DNA from: a virus
Taxonomy: Duplodnaviria > Caudoviricetes
IMG/VR virus record: IMGVR_UViG_3300028603_000002
Span: 64,001-128,000 of that record
Length of the DNA: 64,000 nt
Strand: one strand, 5' to 3'
Shown here: one piece after another, positions 1 to 11,078 of the stretch
Layout: every line of letters begins with the position of its first letter
Numbering within the stretch: position 1 is the first letter of the stretch
Notes under the pieces: generated by a model
Databases searched by the model: none
Seen by the model: only the letters and a program-made list of their open reading frames with translations
Told to the model about the DNA's origin: nothing
Position numbers and translations under genes: made by a program

Positions 1-1029
1 CCTGTAGGTAAGTTTAATATTGGTATAACAGCAGGTATAGAAACTACCCAATGCAAGGCAGAATGGATTGAAGGGTGTAATAAAATGGATCTTGTTTTAG
101 TCAGTAGTAATCATTCTAAGAATGTGTTTGAATCTATTAAATACGACAAGAAAGATCAACAAGGAAATGTGTTAGGTATAGTGAAGTTAGAAAAACCAAT
201 GGAGGTTTTATTTGAAGGAATTGATTTAGATGTTTACAATAAAAAAAATATAGTAAATATTACTAATAAATTAGAAGATATTGAAGAAGAGTTTTGTTTC
301 TTATTTGTTGGTCATTGGTTGCAAGGAAATATAGGCGAAGACAGAAAGGATATAGGAATGTTAATTAAAACATTTTTAGAAACATTTGTTAAAAAAGCAG
401 AACGCAATAGACCAGCATTAGTATTAAAAGTATCACATGCAGGTTTTTCAGAAACTGAATTATATGATATTGAAAAGAAAATAAATCATATTATTCTAAA
501 TGTTGAAGCTGAGCATGGTACTAATCTACCAAGTATTTATATTGTATATGGTGATATGACTGATACAGAAATGAATTCATTATATCATCATCCTAAGATA
601 AAGACAATGATTTCATTTTCAAAGGGAGAAGGATTCGGTAGGCCATTATTAGAATTTATGACGACTGGAAAGCCAGTTATGACTAGTAATTGGTCAGGCC
701 CAGTAGATTTTGTTAATCCAGATTACAATATACTATTACCTGGTAGATTAACTAAGGTACCAGGAGGAGCTTCCAATGATTGGATAATAAGAGGCAGTGA
801 ATGGTTTACAGTTGATTATAAATTTGCTTCAATGTTAATGAATAATATAATTAAAAACTATAAACAATTATCTGATATAAGTAGAAAGAATACTAAACAT
901 GTTTCTGATAATTTTTCATTACCTTTAATGGCAGAAAAGTTATACGAGTATATAGATAAACAAAAATCACTACAACCAGAACCAATTGATAAGATGAAAA
1001 TTACGTTGCCAAAATTAACAAAAGTATGA
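1..1029 (+). CDS. GT-B (GT4-like) glycosyltransferase, 5'-truncated by the window edge
   Basis: Frame open from base 1 (PVGKFNIGITAGIET...). FLFVGHW, RKDIG and SKGEGFGRPLLE/GKPV motifs of GT4 enzymes. Confidence 0.85.
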   Translation, partial: PVGKFNIGITAGIETTQCKAEWIEGCNKMDLVLVSSNHSKNVFESIKYDKKDQQGNVLGIVKLEKPMEVLFEGIDLDVYNKKNIVNITNKLEDIEEEFCFLFVGHWLQGNIGEDRKDIGMLIKTFLETFVKKAERNRPALVLKVSHAGFSETELYDIEKKINHIILNVEAEHGTNLPSIYIVYGDMTDTEMNSLYHHPKIKTMISFSKGEGFGRPLLEFMTTGKPVMTSNWSGPVDFVNPDYNILLPGRLTKVPGGASNDWIIRGSEWFTVDYKFASMLMNNIIKNYKQLSDISRKNTKHVSDNFSLPLMAEKLYEYIDKQKSLQPEPIDKMKITLPKLTKV

Positions 1030-1526
1030 GAATACACTATGATGATTTTTCACCTATTACTGGGAATAAATGTGTTCTAAAGGAACGAACTTTATATGAG
1101 GCAAATGATCCTGGTGCATATTATGGTTTATGTATGGAGAGTGGTTATTCAACTATATATGGTCTTCATAAAGAGGGAACTAATAGTTTAGATTTTTATC
1201 TTGTTAATGTTCCGGAACGATTCAAAAAAGATGCTATAACTGATAAGAATGGCAATCGATGGCACAGGGTACCATTCTTTTCCGATAAAGCAGTATTATA
1301 CCCAGAAGGTTCTAATTGGATTATTCAGGAAATGATGGAAAAAGATTCACCTGAAATTACAGAAGAAGAAATGGGATTGACAATTAAAGTAATGAAAGAA
1401 ACTCTTGATGAATCCAATCCTGAATATGTTTTATTAGTACCGAATCCTGAAAAGAAAACTATATATGAAAAATTTGAAGAAGCACATTACGATTTCTTAA
1501 AACTTCAAAATGAAGAAAATGATTAA
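1026..1526 (+). CDS. hypothetical protein
   Basis: 166-aa ORF overlapping both neighbours in the operon. Confidence 0.7.
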   Translation: MRIHYDDFSPITGNKCVLKERTLYEANDPGAYYGLCMESGYSTIYGLHKEGTNSLDFYLVNVPERFKKDAITDKNGNRWHRVPFFSDKAVLYPEGSNWIIQEMMEKDSPEITEEEMGLTIKVMKETLDESNPEYVLLVPNPEKKTIYEKFEEAHYDFLKLQNEEND

Positions 1527-2316
1527 AATAACGTATGCAGTAACAGTCTGCAATGAAGAAGAAGAATTCAGAGATTTAATGGATTGTTTATTGGAAAATA
1601 TCAATCCCACAGAATCTGAAATTTTAATTCAAATTGATTCAAGTAATACAACTGATGAAATTAGGAAATATGCTGATTTATATTTAAATTCTTTTGGGAT
1701 GGATGATAGTTATACTATTACAGTAACAGAATTTCCACTGAATAAGAATTTTGCTAACTTTAAAAATAATTTATTTGCACATGCACACGGTGAATGGATA
1801 TTTCAATTAGATGCGGATGAATTACCTCCAGAAAAAGTGTTGCAAAATATAGATGAGGTAATAAATAATGCAGATAATGAAAATATTGATTGTATAATAT
1901 TTCCAAGAATTAATATTGTGGAAGGAATTACAGAATACTTAGTTAATAAATGGAAATGGAATCTTGGAAAACTACAATTAGATGAAATGGTTGTAGAAAA
2001 AGAAGCAAGTGATATACCTCCAGAATATTATCAGACATTAGAGAAATTTAATTTTATTATAGAAACTAATGGTAATGTTGTAAAATATTACCAACCTGTA
2101 ATAAACTTTCCAGATTACCAAATGAGAATGTATAGAAATAATGGCAAGTTAAAATGGGTAGGAAAGGTACATGAGAAGATTGAAGCAATAGATGGAAGTA
2201 AAGTAGAAGCTGGAGCATTAAGTCAACAAATTGAAGTGTGTATTACACATAATAAAAATATAGACAGACAAATTAAACAGAACGATTTCTACAAACAATT
2301 GCTTGGTAATGGTTAA
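1510..2316 (+). CDS. GT2 glycosyltransferase
   Basis: ITYAVTVCNE, FANFKN, WIFQLDADE (DXD) and W.GKVHE motifs. Confidence 0.85.
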   Translation: MKKMIKITYAVTVCNEEEEFRDLMDCLLENINPTESEILIQIDSSNTTDEIRKYADLYLNSFGMDDSYTITVTEFPLNKNFANFKNNLFAHAHGEWIFQLDADELPPEKVLQNIDEVINNADNENIDCIIFPRINIVEGITEYLVNKWKWNLGKLQLDEMVVEKEASDIPPEYYQTLEKFNFIIETNGNVVKYYQPVINFPDYQMRMYRNNGKLKWVGKVHEKIEAIDGSKVEAGALSQQIEVCITHNKNIDRQIKQNDFYKQLLGNG

Positions 2317-3343
2317 TGTGCAGCTTGTCAATTGGAATAAGGGAAGGAATCAACCAACCTTTAGACCTTTCTTATCATTAGGACATTTATTTTCTACTTA
2401 TGGTATTAATATTGTTGATAGCAAATCTAATATCTTATGTATTGGAATGGCAGATTTTATCGACAAAAAAAAGTCATTAGAAGAATCAGTAGAATACGGG
2501 GTTAATAATATACGAAAAATACTAGACGAAAATCCACAGGCTAAAAGAGTGTTCCTTTTTGATGGGTCAGATTCTACTTCTATAATGGGAGCTTATGAAG
2601 TCTTTGAGCAAATGAGAAACGATGTTGAATTTCTCTTTAAGCCCCAAAAATTAAAAACCAAAAATTTATATTTGCCCAAATATCCTCACGGTAAATGGTT
2701 CTGGAAAAAATATGATGATGTAAAGTACAATTCATTCGGTTATGATTTATCTAATGAAATGTTTGATAGAATTAAATTAACTGGTTGGAATTTAGGATAT
2801 TATACTGATTACTTACATAATAGACTACCTATATTTGATTCCGGTGCTAAACAATATGATGTCTGTGCGGTATATCAATCAAAACATGATTATAATACTG
2901 ATTTTAATATTGAAAATTCTGACTTATATACTAAACATAGACAGGAACCTATTGAATATTTAAAGAATACTAATTTAAAGTATATAGATGGTAAATTAGC
3001 ATTTGATGAATATGTTGATTGTCTAGTTAGCAGTAGGATATGCATATCTCCATTTGGAATGGGTGAAATTTGTTTTAGAGATTTTGAATGTGTTCAATAT
3101 GGAGTTCCGTTTATTAAAATGAATATGGATAATGTAGATACATATCCGAATTTTTATACAAGTGGTATTACTTATGTTAGTTGTAATGACTGGAGTGAAT
3201 TGCCATCTACAATAGAAAAATATATGGATTCGTTAGGAAATAATTTATTAAATGAAATCACCAGGGTTACAAGAGACACATATTCAAAATTATATAATGT
3301 CGAGAATATCATACTGTATTGGAAAAAAATACTAAATATATGA
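2303..3343 (+). CDS. GT-B glycosyltransferase-like protein
   Basis: C-terminal SRICISPFGMGEICFRDFE typical of GT-B folds. Operon context. Confidence 0.65.
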   Translation: MVMVNVQLVNWNKGRNQPTFRPFLSLGHLFSTYGINIVDSKSNILCIGMADFIDKKKSLEESVEYGVNNIRKILDENPQAKRVFLFDGSDSTSIMGAYEVFEQMRNDVEFLFKPQKLKTKNLYLPKYPHGKWFWKKYDDVKYNSFGYDLSNEMFDRIKLTGWNLGYYTDYLHNRLPIFDSGAKQYDVCAVYQSKHDYNTDFNIENSDLYTKHRQEPIEYLKNTNLKYIDGKLAFDEYVDCLVSSRICISPFGMGEICFRDFECVQYGVPFIKMNMDNVDTYPNFYTSGITYVSCNDWSELPSTIEKYMDSLGNNLLNEITRVTRDTYSKLYNVENIILYWKKILNI

Positions 3344-4137
3344 ATTATGTATTTTGGGTTGGAGTTAAATCTAAAGATTCTGTTATACGAGAGAAGCATG
3401 GGGATTTTAAATATTTGGACATATCTGAAAAATTCTGGAGAAGATGGTGTAAGAAACATAATGTTGAATTTGTTCCATATACAATAGATAATACAACTGA
3501 ATTAGATAATAATAAACATAAAGTTACTTGGACTAGATGGTTCGATATTATGGATATCTTACCTGAATCTTTAACTGGTTGGAGGTGGATAGTAGATGGT
3601 TCTTCACTTATAATCAATGATCCATTACCACCATGGGAAGTTGTTGATTTAGATGAGAATAAAGTACATGGATTCAGATCTTTAGAAAATTTAAGATGGA
3701 TTCATGAAGGAATAGCAGGATACACAAAAAAGTTATTTCCAGATCTTAAATTTGATTTTGGGAAATATATATCCTGCGGTAACCAAGTATTCACCGAAAA
3801 ACATTATTGGTTTTTAAAGGAATTGAAAAAATACTACTTTGAAAACTACGATGATATAATGTCGCTGCAACACGGAAGTGTGAAGAGAGGTACAGATCAA
3901 CCAGTATATAATTGTCTATTACAAAAATATGATAATATACACACCGCAGATCAAATACCACCAGATTATATGATAACTCATATTAACAGATTTCATTGGG
4001 ATGGCCATAATTGGCAGATAAATGATACTACACCATTCTTTATCAAGTATGGAAAAGTATTATTTTTTAGTGGATTTGTAAATAGAGGAGATAGATACCA
4101 ATTAATGGAATATGTAAATCAGAATTATAATGTCTAA
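3340..4137 (+). CDS. GT-A (GT8-like) nucleotide-sugar transferase
   Basis: IVDG, YISCG and TDQP motifs parallel those of the next GT8 gene. ATG at 3340 overlaps the upstream stop. Confidence 0.6.
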   Translation: MNYVFWVGVKSKDSVIREKHGDFKYLDISEKFWRRWCKKHNVEFVPYTIDNTTELDNNKHKVTWTRWFDIMDILPESLTGWRWIVDGSSLIINDPLPPWEVVDLDENKVHGFRSLENLRWIHEGIAGYTKKLFPDLKFDFGKYISCGNQVFTEKHYWFLKELKKYYFENYDDIMSLQHGSVKRGTDQPVYNCLLQKYDNIHTADQIPPDYMITHINRFHWDGHNWQINDTTPFFIKYGKVLFFSGFVNRGDRYQLMEYVNQNYNV

Positions 4138-4897
4138 TGTGATAGTTCAAATACAAGTAAATAGGGATGATAGGGCAAAGAGTCAGAAGTATGAATACTC
4201 CCGGAAATCTTGGTCTGAATATGCGAAGAAGAATGGTTTGGAATATTTTGTATTGGAAGATGAAATTGAAGGTTGCCCATTAAAACCTCAATGGTATAAA
4301 CTATTTATTCCTAAACTATTAGATGATAATTATGCACGAATATTATATGTTGATTCAGATACAATAGTACACCCAAAGGCACCCAATATATTTGATTTAG
4401 TAGCAGATGATGAATTTGGAGTGGTGAGGAATTATGGTAGCATGGAGTGGGTATGTAGATCATGTGAATTATTTCATATAATGTTTAATGAAATAAAGGA
4501 AAGTATTTCAACTGCATTTACAACGTTACCAGGTCCACTATCACCATTTAAGTATTTTAATAGTGGTCTAATGTTATTCAACAAACAGAAATATGAAAAG
4601 GAATTTGATAGTATTATTGATTTTGTTTTTTCAGAATATCCAACACTTGATAAATATTTGAAATATTATGTGGGGAATGACCAACCAATTTTAAATTATT
4701 TCTCATATTATAGAAATTTTAAAATGAAATATTTACCTTACGAATTTAATATGCAGGATATGCATAGATTCGAGTTATTAGGTAATGATATGCTACATAC
4801 AAAAATGGGTTGGGTATATCATTTTAATGCAGGGGTGAAACCGTCACCCGGAGAATGGATGTCTGCTACGTATAAATATTTAAATTCAGAACTATGA
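4130..4897 (+). CDS. GT8-like glycosyltransferase
   Basis: ILYVDSD, YFNSGLML, NDQPILN, LPYEFN and YHF motifs. Confidence 0.85.
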   Translation: MSNVIVQIQVNRDDRAKSQKYEYSRKSWSEYAKKNGLEYFVLEDEIEGCPLKPQWYKLFIPKLLDDNYARILYVDSDTIVHPKAPNIFDLVADDEFGVVRNYGSMEWVCRSCELFHIMFNEIKESISTAFTTLPGPLSPFKYFNSGLMLFNKQKYEKEFDSIIDFVFSEYPTLDKYLKYYVGNDQPILNYFSYYRNFKMKYLPYEFNMQDMHRFELLGNDMLHTKMGWVYHFNAGVKPSPGEWMSATYKYLNSEL

Positions 4898-5919
4898 AAA
4901 TTGTAATTGGTACAAATATAATGTTTTATGAGTATGGAATGTTAGATGATTATCTAACATCTATCAAAAATGCTATTGATACAGTTAAAGAAGAAGATGA
5001 CATTCGTGTAGAATTAGATTTCTTTATAAATTGCGATCAAACATTTGAAAAATTTGACGGTGACATTGATAAGCATTGTCTTGAAATGAAGGATAAAATT
5101 AGAGGATATTTTGATTATGCAAGAACAAAAAATTATGTAAATGGAACAATACATTCATCAGATTCAATGATATTCTACGAACCACCTCCTGTTACAATGA
5201 CATCTTATAGAAGGTGGTTAAATACTGAATATTCACATTATGATTATGTTATATGGGGAGAAACAGATTGTTTAGTACCACACGTAATATTTCATGCACT
5301 TAAACAATTAAGATTAAAAACAAATTCATTAGAAATATATAGATACATTGCTACATTTGCTACAAGAAAAATGTGGGATGAATCATGGAAACCATTAGAA
5401 TTAGATATTTTTGAAGATAAAGAATATTACGAAAGCACAGATCCAAGAAGTAAAACTGAATTGCATAGTATTAGAAGATACATGACAATAGATGAAATGA
5501 ATAAAATAAATTCAAAAGTAGAGGATCTAAAGATAAACTCTATCACTTCTCCTAAATTTGACGGTAGTATCTTAGTTATAACGGGTGATCTAATCCAAGC
5601 GGGTGCTAATATCCCTTCTGGATTTTGGGGCTTATCTGGGGAGGATACGGCGTTTATGCAGAGTTGTATGAACGTAATGAAAACTCATTACGTTCAATTT
5701 ATCTTCAAAAACATATTAAAGGTTCATAATAGAGAACATCCATTGAAGAGACAAAAGGTTTTAACAATAGATGGGGAACCGAGCACACAAGAAAATAAAG
5801 GTTCATTGTATAATAAAGTGCGTGATGTCAATAAATACAATTTGGCGACATTAACTAATCCGTCATTATTAAGAAAGAAAATGATATCATATACTGAATT
5901 TATTAAAGAAAATAATTAA
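4894..5919 (+). CDS. GT-A fold glycosyltransferase-like protein
   Basis: YDYVIWGETD and GEDT motifs. Operon context. Confidence 0.55.
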   Translation: MKIVIGTNIMFYEYGMLDDYLTSIKNAIDTVKEEDDIRVELDFFINCDQTFEKFDGDIDKHCLEMKDKIRGYFDYARTKNYVNGTIHSSDSMIFYEPPPVTMTSYRRWLNTEYSHYDYVIWGETDCLVPHVIFHALKQLRLKTNSLEIYRYIATFATRKMWDESWKPLELDIFEDKEYYESTDPRSKTELHSIRRYMTIDEMNKINSKVEDLKINSITSPKFDGSILVITGDLIQAGANIPSGFWGLSGEDTAFMQSCMNVMKTHYVQFIFKNILKVHNREHPLKRQKVLTIDGEPSTQENKGSLYNKVRDVNKYNLATLTNPSLLRKKMISYTEFIKENN

Positions 5920-5928
5920 TTTTAATCC

Positions 5929-6612
5929 ATGGGATACATACTACCAGAAATATACAATAGCATATGTAAGTTAACCTTGCAACCAATGCCAAAGGTATTC
6001 ATTGAAACTGGGACGTTTAAGGGTGGCATACCATTTAGATGTTTGGAGGAAAAAATAGGATTGAAAGATTTTGATAAGTGGTACACAGTTGAATTAGGAG
6101 GAGAAATATGTAAAATAGCAAGTACACGATACAAAATGTTTGAAAAGTATTATAGTGGAGAAATGCCATGGCCCCACTATAAAGTATTTCACACAAATGA
6201 ACCCGATGATGATTTTGTTGGAGTAGGATCTTATTTTGAAAATAAATTAAATTTATTCCAAGGAGATAGTAAAGAAGTATTGCAAGACATATTACTTGGA
6301 GTTGATGAACCATGCTGTTTTTGGTTAGATGCTCATGCGGGGGCATCTAAATATGCTAGAGGAGAAGAAGACGTACCATTATTTGGGGAGTTAGAATGCA
6401 TAGCACATCATCATATAAAGAATCATATAATTGCAATTGATGATCCACATCTATTTGGAACTAATCAAAAAGGAATGTGTGATTATACAAATATAACATT
6501 AGAAAAGATAACAAAGATCATAAAAGATATTAATCCTGATTATGGAGTTGATATTTTTAAACCATACGGTATGGAAATGTTAATAGCAGCATTAAACTTA
6601 GAACCTCAATGA
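5929..6612 (+). CDS. class I SAM-dependent methyltransferase-like protein
   Basis: FIETGTFKG, QGDS, FWLDAH and IIAIDD motifs. Confidence 0.7.
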   Translation: MGYILPEIYNSICKLTLQPMPKVFIETGTFKGGIPFRCLEEKIGLKDFDKWYTVELGGEICKIASTRYKMFEKYYSGEMPWPHYKVFHTNEPDDDFVGVGSYFENKLNLFQGDSKEVLQDILLGVDEPCCFWLDAHAGASKYARGEEDVPLFGELECIAHHHIKNHIIAIDDPHLFGTNQKGMCDYTNITLEKITKIIKDINPDYGVDIFKPYGMEMLIAALNLEPQ

Positions 6613-7535
6613 AAAAGATATTAGTTCTACATCAACCATTCCCAATGGGAAATTTTGGATTGAATCGATATATTGCTAATATATTAAGTGGTGATCCATA
6701 CAACTATGAAGTACACACATTACAACAATTAAATATACAATATCAATTAGAAAATCATAAAGTAATAGATAATTACGTCAAGATGATTAATGATGCTAAT
6801 TTTGATTGTATATATTATGAGATGTTAGATGCTACTACATTTGGAATTGTAAAAAGGTTGAATTGTGAAAATAGGATATTAACAGTTGCCAGCGGGGGCA
6901 TATGGGGATTTGAAAATATATTATTGAAGGCCGGTGTATACTATGATAAAATATACACGAACAGCAAAGAATTTTATAGGTCTGTGGATACTACAATTCC
7001 AAGTGGATATTTCAAATATTATCCATCAAGATTAAAGAAATTTCATACTGATAAAGTTTGGAATGACCACCGTGCGGTATTTGTAGGAATGGGTAATCAT
7101 AGAAGAATCTCCCCAGAATATAAATTGGAAAGAGATTTGTTTTTTGATAATGATATACCATTGACAATTTATGGCACTGGATGGAAAGGCCATCCAAAAT
7201 ATGCAAATCTAGTTCTATCAGATAGTAGTTTAGACAAGATATATACAGCAGCGCATTATGCAGTTGGAATGATAGCTACACAACAACGAGAACATGGAAT
7301 GATTAATAATAGGTATGTTGAAGCAATTGCATGCGGTACAAGAGTAATAACACCCAATTACGATATTGAATGGGGACCAATTGAAGAGTATTTAGATATA
7401 GTAGATACACCGGAACAAGTACAAGAAATATTAACTGAAAATATAACTGAAAAACCAACGGTAAATTCAGAAAAGTTAATTGAAGAGATTAATAATAGAT
7501 TTTTTAATACATTAGATGAACTAATTAAATTATGA
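6609..7535 (+). CDS. GT-B glycosyltransferase (CgeB-like)
   Basis: AVFVG, IYGTGW and INNRYVEAIACG motifs. Confidence 0.7.
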   Translation: MKKILVLHQPFPMGNFGLNRYIANILSGDPYNYEVHTLQQLNIQYQLENHKVIDNYVKMINDANFDCIYYEMLDATTFGIVKRLNCENRILTVASGGIWGFENILLKAGVYYDKIYTNSKEFYRSVDTTIPSGYFKYYPSRLKKFHTDKVWNDHRAVFVGMGNHRRISPEYKLERDLFFDNDIPLTIYGTGWKGHPKYANLVLSDSSLDKIYTAAHYAVGMIATQQREHGMINNRYVEAIACGTRVITPNYDIEWGPIEEYLDIVDTPEQVQEILTENITEKPTVNSEKLIEEINNRFFNTLDELIKL

Positions 7536-8506
7536 ATGAAGACTTAGTTTTTATTGTTGAAGGAACTTCGGAATATATACATCATGTAGACAGAAAGCAT
7601 ACAAACTTAAGAACAGATTTGGCGTGGATATCTTCTATGAAAGCAAGGGTTATTAATCCACCTTTTATTAGAAAACATCTTAATGAATTTAAAGCGAAGA
7701 AAGCAATTGCTATAATACCTAAATTAAGCGCACACGATTTTATTGAATTATTAAAAGAAATTAGGCCAAATATTGGTGAATTATATATCATGCAGGAAGG
7801 TCCTAATTGGTATTGGCAGGATTGGCCTATAGAAACACAGCTTGAATACTTTCAATTTTTATGCGATCCTTATCTAAGTGATGCTATTTTAGTACACAAC
7901 CAAAATGATATATCTTACTATCGTGGATTGTTGAATAGGGACGCTATTTATACAATGCCAAGTTTAATGATAACTGATTCATTACAATTTGATATAAAAA
8001 GCAAAGAGGAGAGAGAGGGAGTTATTATAGGTGGAAATTTCGTAAGTTGGTATGGTGGGTTTGATAGTATGATGATAGCATTGCATTTAAATGATGAAGT
8101 ATATGTTCCATCAATGGGTAGAATGCAAAAGGGAGAAAGTAAAATAGGTAATTTAAAACAGATACCATATATGGAATGGAACAAATGGATGGAAGTTTTA
8201 AATACTAAAAAATATGCTGTTCATTTAATGAGAACATTCGCAGCAGGCACATTTGCATTGAATTGTGCTTATTTAGGAATACCATGTATAGGTTATGATT
8301 ATTTGGACACACAAAAATTATGCTTCCCAGAATTATCAGTTGATACAGGAGATATGCAAACAGCAAGGGAGATAGCAATAGAATTAAAAGATGATAGTTT
8401 TTATGATGAGGTATCAAAATATGCAAAACAAGCATATAAAAAATATTTTAGCGAAGAAGCATTTATTTCAAAAATGAAGTTAATTGGAATACTAGATGAA
8501 AACTGA
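7532..8506 (+). CDS. GT-B glycosyltransferase-like protein
   Basis: AAGTFALNCAYLGIPCIG C-terminal motif. Confidence 0.6.
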   Translation: MNEDLVFIVEGTSEYIHHVDRKHTNLRTDLAWISSMKARVINPPFIRKHLNEFKAKKAIAIIPKLSAHDFIELLKEIRPNIGELYIMQEGPNWYWQDWPIETQLEYFQFLCDPYLSDAILVHNQNDISYYRGLLNRDAIYTMPSLMITDSLQFDIKSKEEREGVIIGGNFVSWYGGFDSMMIALHLNDEVYVPSMGRMQKGESKIGNLKQIPYMEWNKWMEVLNTKKYAVHLMRTFAAGTFALNCAYLGIPCIGYDYLDTQKLCFPELSVDTGDMQTAREIAIELKDDSFYDEVSKYAKQAYKKYFSEEAFISKMKLIGILDEN

Positions 8507-8921
8507 TATAGCCAAATTACACAAATTACATTTAGATAATTTAGACATTCTTAGAATATCTGGAAGAAGAATTGGTAAAACATTATATTTGGTTCATAGT
8601 ATTATAGGACATATTATGGTTACTGATAGTGAAGATGTCATTGTGGTGGTTAATTATATGCAAAGGGCGGTAGAAATATCTAGAATGATTGTAGAGGTAG
8701 CAAGAGATGAATATGGATTAGAAACGAAAATAGATTTAAAGTCAAGAAGAATCATTTTTGATGGTTGTACTAGCAGTGTAAAGATATTAACACCTGATTA
8801 TTATAATTTTTTATCACAAGCGCAGACTAATCGGCATAGTTATTTGTATATTGATTTTGGTAATGTAGTATCAATACAAACAGTTTTAGAAACATTAAAA
8901 AATGCAAAATATGAAAATTAG
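8496..8921 (+). CDS. small P-loop-like protein
   Basis: SGRRIGKT Walker-A-like motif in only 141 aa. Confidence 0.4.
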   Translation: MKTDIAKLHKLHLDNLDILRISGRRIGKTLYLVHSIIGHIMVTDSEDVIVVVNYMQRAVEISRMIVEVARDEYGLETKIDLKSRRIIFDGCTSSVKILTPDYYNFLSQAQTNRHSYLYIDFGNVVSIQTVLETLKNAKYEN

Positions 8922-10317
8922 CTTTATACAACCATCAAGAAATAACTTGCGTTACTTGAAGTGGTCTTATGATTCAATAAGAAAGAATCAGGGAGATCAC
9001 GAAGTTCAAATATGTATTGCTGATGATGCTTCAACAGATGGTACAAAAGAGTGGTTGGAAGAAGTTAGTAAGACTGATAAGAATTTAGATTATATTGTCA
9101 ATGATACTGGGAAGAGATTGGGTCATACAATACTATATGATAGGTTAGTAAAAGAGGTAGCAAAATATGAATTGTGTATGATCTACCATGCAGATATGTT
9201 TTTATGTCCTGGAGCATTGGATGCTATTGAGAAGCATATGTATAGTGGGATATATACAATTAATGTTGGGACGACACCTGCAAAAGAATTATCCGATCTA
9301 TTCGAAAAAATACAAAGCGAATATAATAATTCTACTAATCGTGATAAACTGCGTACCGAGATTGATGCATTGGGAGTTCCGTATACTTACGATAAATATG
9401 GTATTGCTAATGTAAAAACAATAGTATCTCTTACAAGAATTGAACCACCATTACACCCCGAAGGACCAGAAAAAATAATAGCTGACTTCGGTACTGAACC
9501 TGAAGATTTTAACGAAGATGGATTATTAAAATTTGTAAAAAATCTTAGAAAAGAAAATGAAGGTAAAACTACTGAAGGGATATTTGCACCATGGGCATTT
9601 TGGAAAAGCGAGTTTTTAGAAATTGGTGGTCATGACCCATTATACAAACCTCAATCGAAAGAAGACAGCGACATTTTTAATAGATTCCAACTTAATGGCA
9701 CTAAATTCATACAGACGTGGGAAGGGTTTGTATATCATATGACCTGCCGAGGCAGTAGAAGAAATACACATGATGGAGCACCAAATATTCAAACCAATAA
9801 CCCAGAATGGGAAGCACAGAATATACGTTCAACCCGCAATTTTATTAGAAAATGGGGTTCATTTGTGAAGCATGACGAATACATGAAACCAATTGTGTTG
9901 CCTAAATATCATACTACATTTATTTTGAAAAATATTGTGCCTCCAATTGGTGTAATATCTTATTTTGAACCTTGGTGTAATGTATTGATATTTGATAATA
10001 AGAATAATGTTAAGGAACAATACATAGAACAAGAACAACAAAATACATTGTATGATTTAAATAAAAGACTACGCCCAGATTTATTTGATCAAAAAGTAGA
10101 AGATGTAATTAATAATGAATATCATGATGTAGTAGTTGAAATACCACTTAATACATTAACTGATACTGATATACAATACATTTTTAATATTCCAAGATTA
10201 GTAAAAGATGCGGCAGAATTAAAAAATTGGTACCAGATTGGCAACATACTATTATACATTGATAAGAAAATAGATACTGTAAATGAATTGATAGTAAATA
10301 AAGAAGTGTATGAGTAA
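8902..10317 (+). CDS. GT2 glycosyltransferase
   Basis: ISFIQPSRNN, IADDASTDGT, YHADM, IGGHD..Y....EDSD and VYH motifs. Confidence 0.9.
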   Translation: MQNMKISFIQPSRNNLRYLKWSYDSIRKNQGDHEVQICIADDASTDGTKEWLEEVSKTDKNLDYIVNDTGKRLGHTILYDRLVKEVAKYELCMIYHADMFLCPGALDAIEKHMYSGIYTINVGTTPAKELSDLFEKIQSEYNNSTNRDKLRTEIDALGVPYTYDKYGIANVKTIVSLTRIEPPLHPEGPEKIIADFGTEPEDFNEDGLLKFVKNLRKENEGKTTEGIFAPWAFWKSEFLEIGGHDPLYKPQSKEDSDIFNRFQLNGTKFIQTWEGFVYHMTCRGSRRNTHDGAPNIQTNNPEWEAQNIRSTRNFIRKWGSFVKHDEYMKPIVLPKYHTTFILKNIVPPIGVISYFEPWCNVLIFDNKNNVKEQYIEQEQQNTLYDLNKRLRPDLFDQKVEDVINNEYHDVVVEIPLNTLTDTDIQYIFNIPRLVKDAAELKNWYQIGNILLYIDKKIDTVNELIVNKEVYE

Positions 10318-10357
10318 TAATTAAATTGTTAATTTATATTTATATACGGAGGAAAAC

Positions 10358-10879
10358 ATGTATTATTTCGATTCAGATTTTTTACAATACTATTTAGATC
10401 AAGGAATACAACCGAAAGTGTTAGTAGGTGGTAGGTTCTTAGATATACCATCAAAGGAAGATATCTCAGATCCACAGAAAGGTTATGGTATTGATGAAAG
10501 AGGACAAACACATAGTTTTGATTATAGAATGATTGAAAAATTAATAGCGGGGCAATTTGAGATGGATTTAGGATCTTTACAAACTCATATAGACGGAGAA
10601 GAAGAACCAGAAGAACCAGAAGGCGATGAAAGTATGGAAGATCAAGCATCTATAGATGCGGCTCCAGAAGAAGAAGAACCACCGCAAGAAGGTAAAAGCA
10701 ATAAAACACTTGGTAGAATTTTTGAGGTAACAAATAGAAACTCAGAACTTTATAAATGTAAAGGGGTTATTGTAGAGAATGATACCGGCGGTTTATTGAT
10801 AAAAATACACGAAAGTCCAAAATCAAAATATTTCGCAAAAATAAAATATGTGAGTTATTTAGATGGAAAAGTTAGATGA
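10358..10879 (+). CDS. hypothetical protein with acidic linker
   Basis: 173-aa ORF with a GGAGG RBS at about 10347. Confidence 0.65.
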   Translation: MYYFDSDFLQYYLDQGIQPKVLVGGRFLDIPSKEDISDPQKGYGIDERGQTHSFDYRMIEKLIAGQFEMDLGSLQTHIDGEEEPEEPEGDESMEDQASIDAAPEEEEPPQEGKSNKTLGRIFEVTNRNSELYKCKGVIVENDTGGLLIKIHESPKSKYFAKIKYVSYLDGKVR

Positions 10880-11078
10880 TGGTTATATGGAAGATATAAT
10901 GGAAGATATGTTCTTATTAATGGCTCAGGAAAATATACCTTGGCCAGAAAAATTTGGATTATATGAAAAAAAATCATTACTTTTAAAGATGAAAGAGTAT
11001 TTTTCTCATTGTGAACAATTTGAAAAGTGTTCATTTCTAACAAGTAAACTAGAAGAAATTATTTCAAATGAGCAATGA
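10863..11078 (+). CDS. small hypothetical protein (UVR-like helical hairpin)
   Basis: C-terminal E.FEKC..L pattern. Confidence 0.45.
   Translation: MEKLDDGYMEDIMEDMFLLMAQENIPWPEKFGLYEKKSLLLKMKEYFSHCEQFEKCSFLTSKLEEIISNEQ

Noticed and set aside
8496-8921. Terminase large subunit
   Set aside because: It has a GRRIGKT motif but only 141 aa and no recognisable Walker B or nuclease domain.
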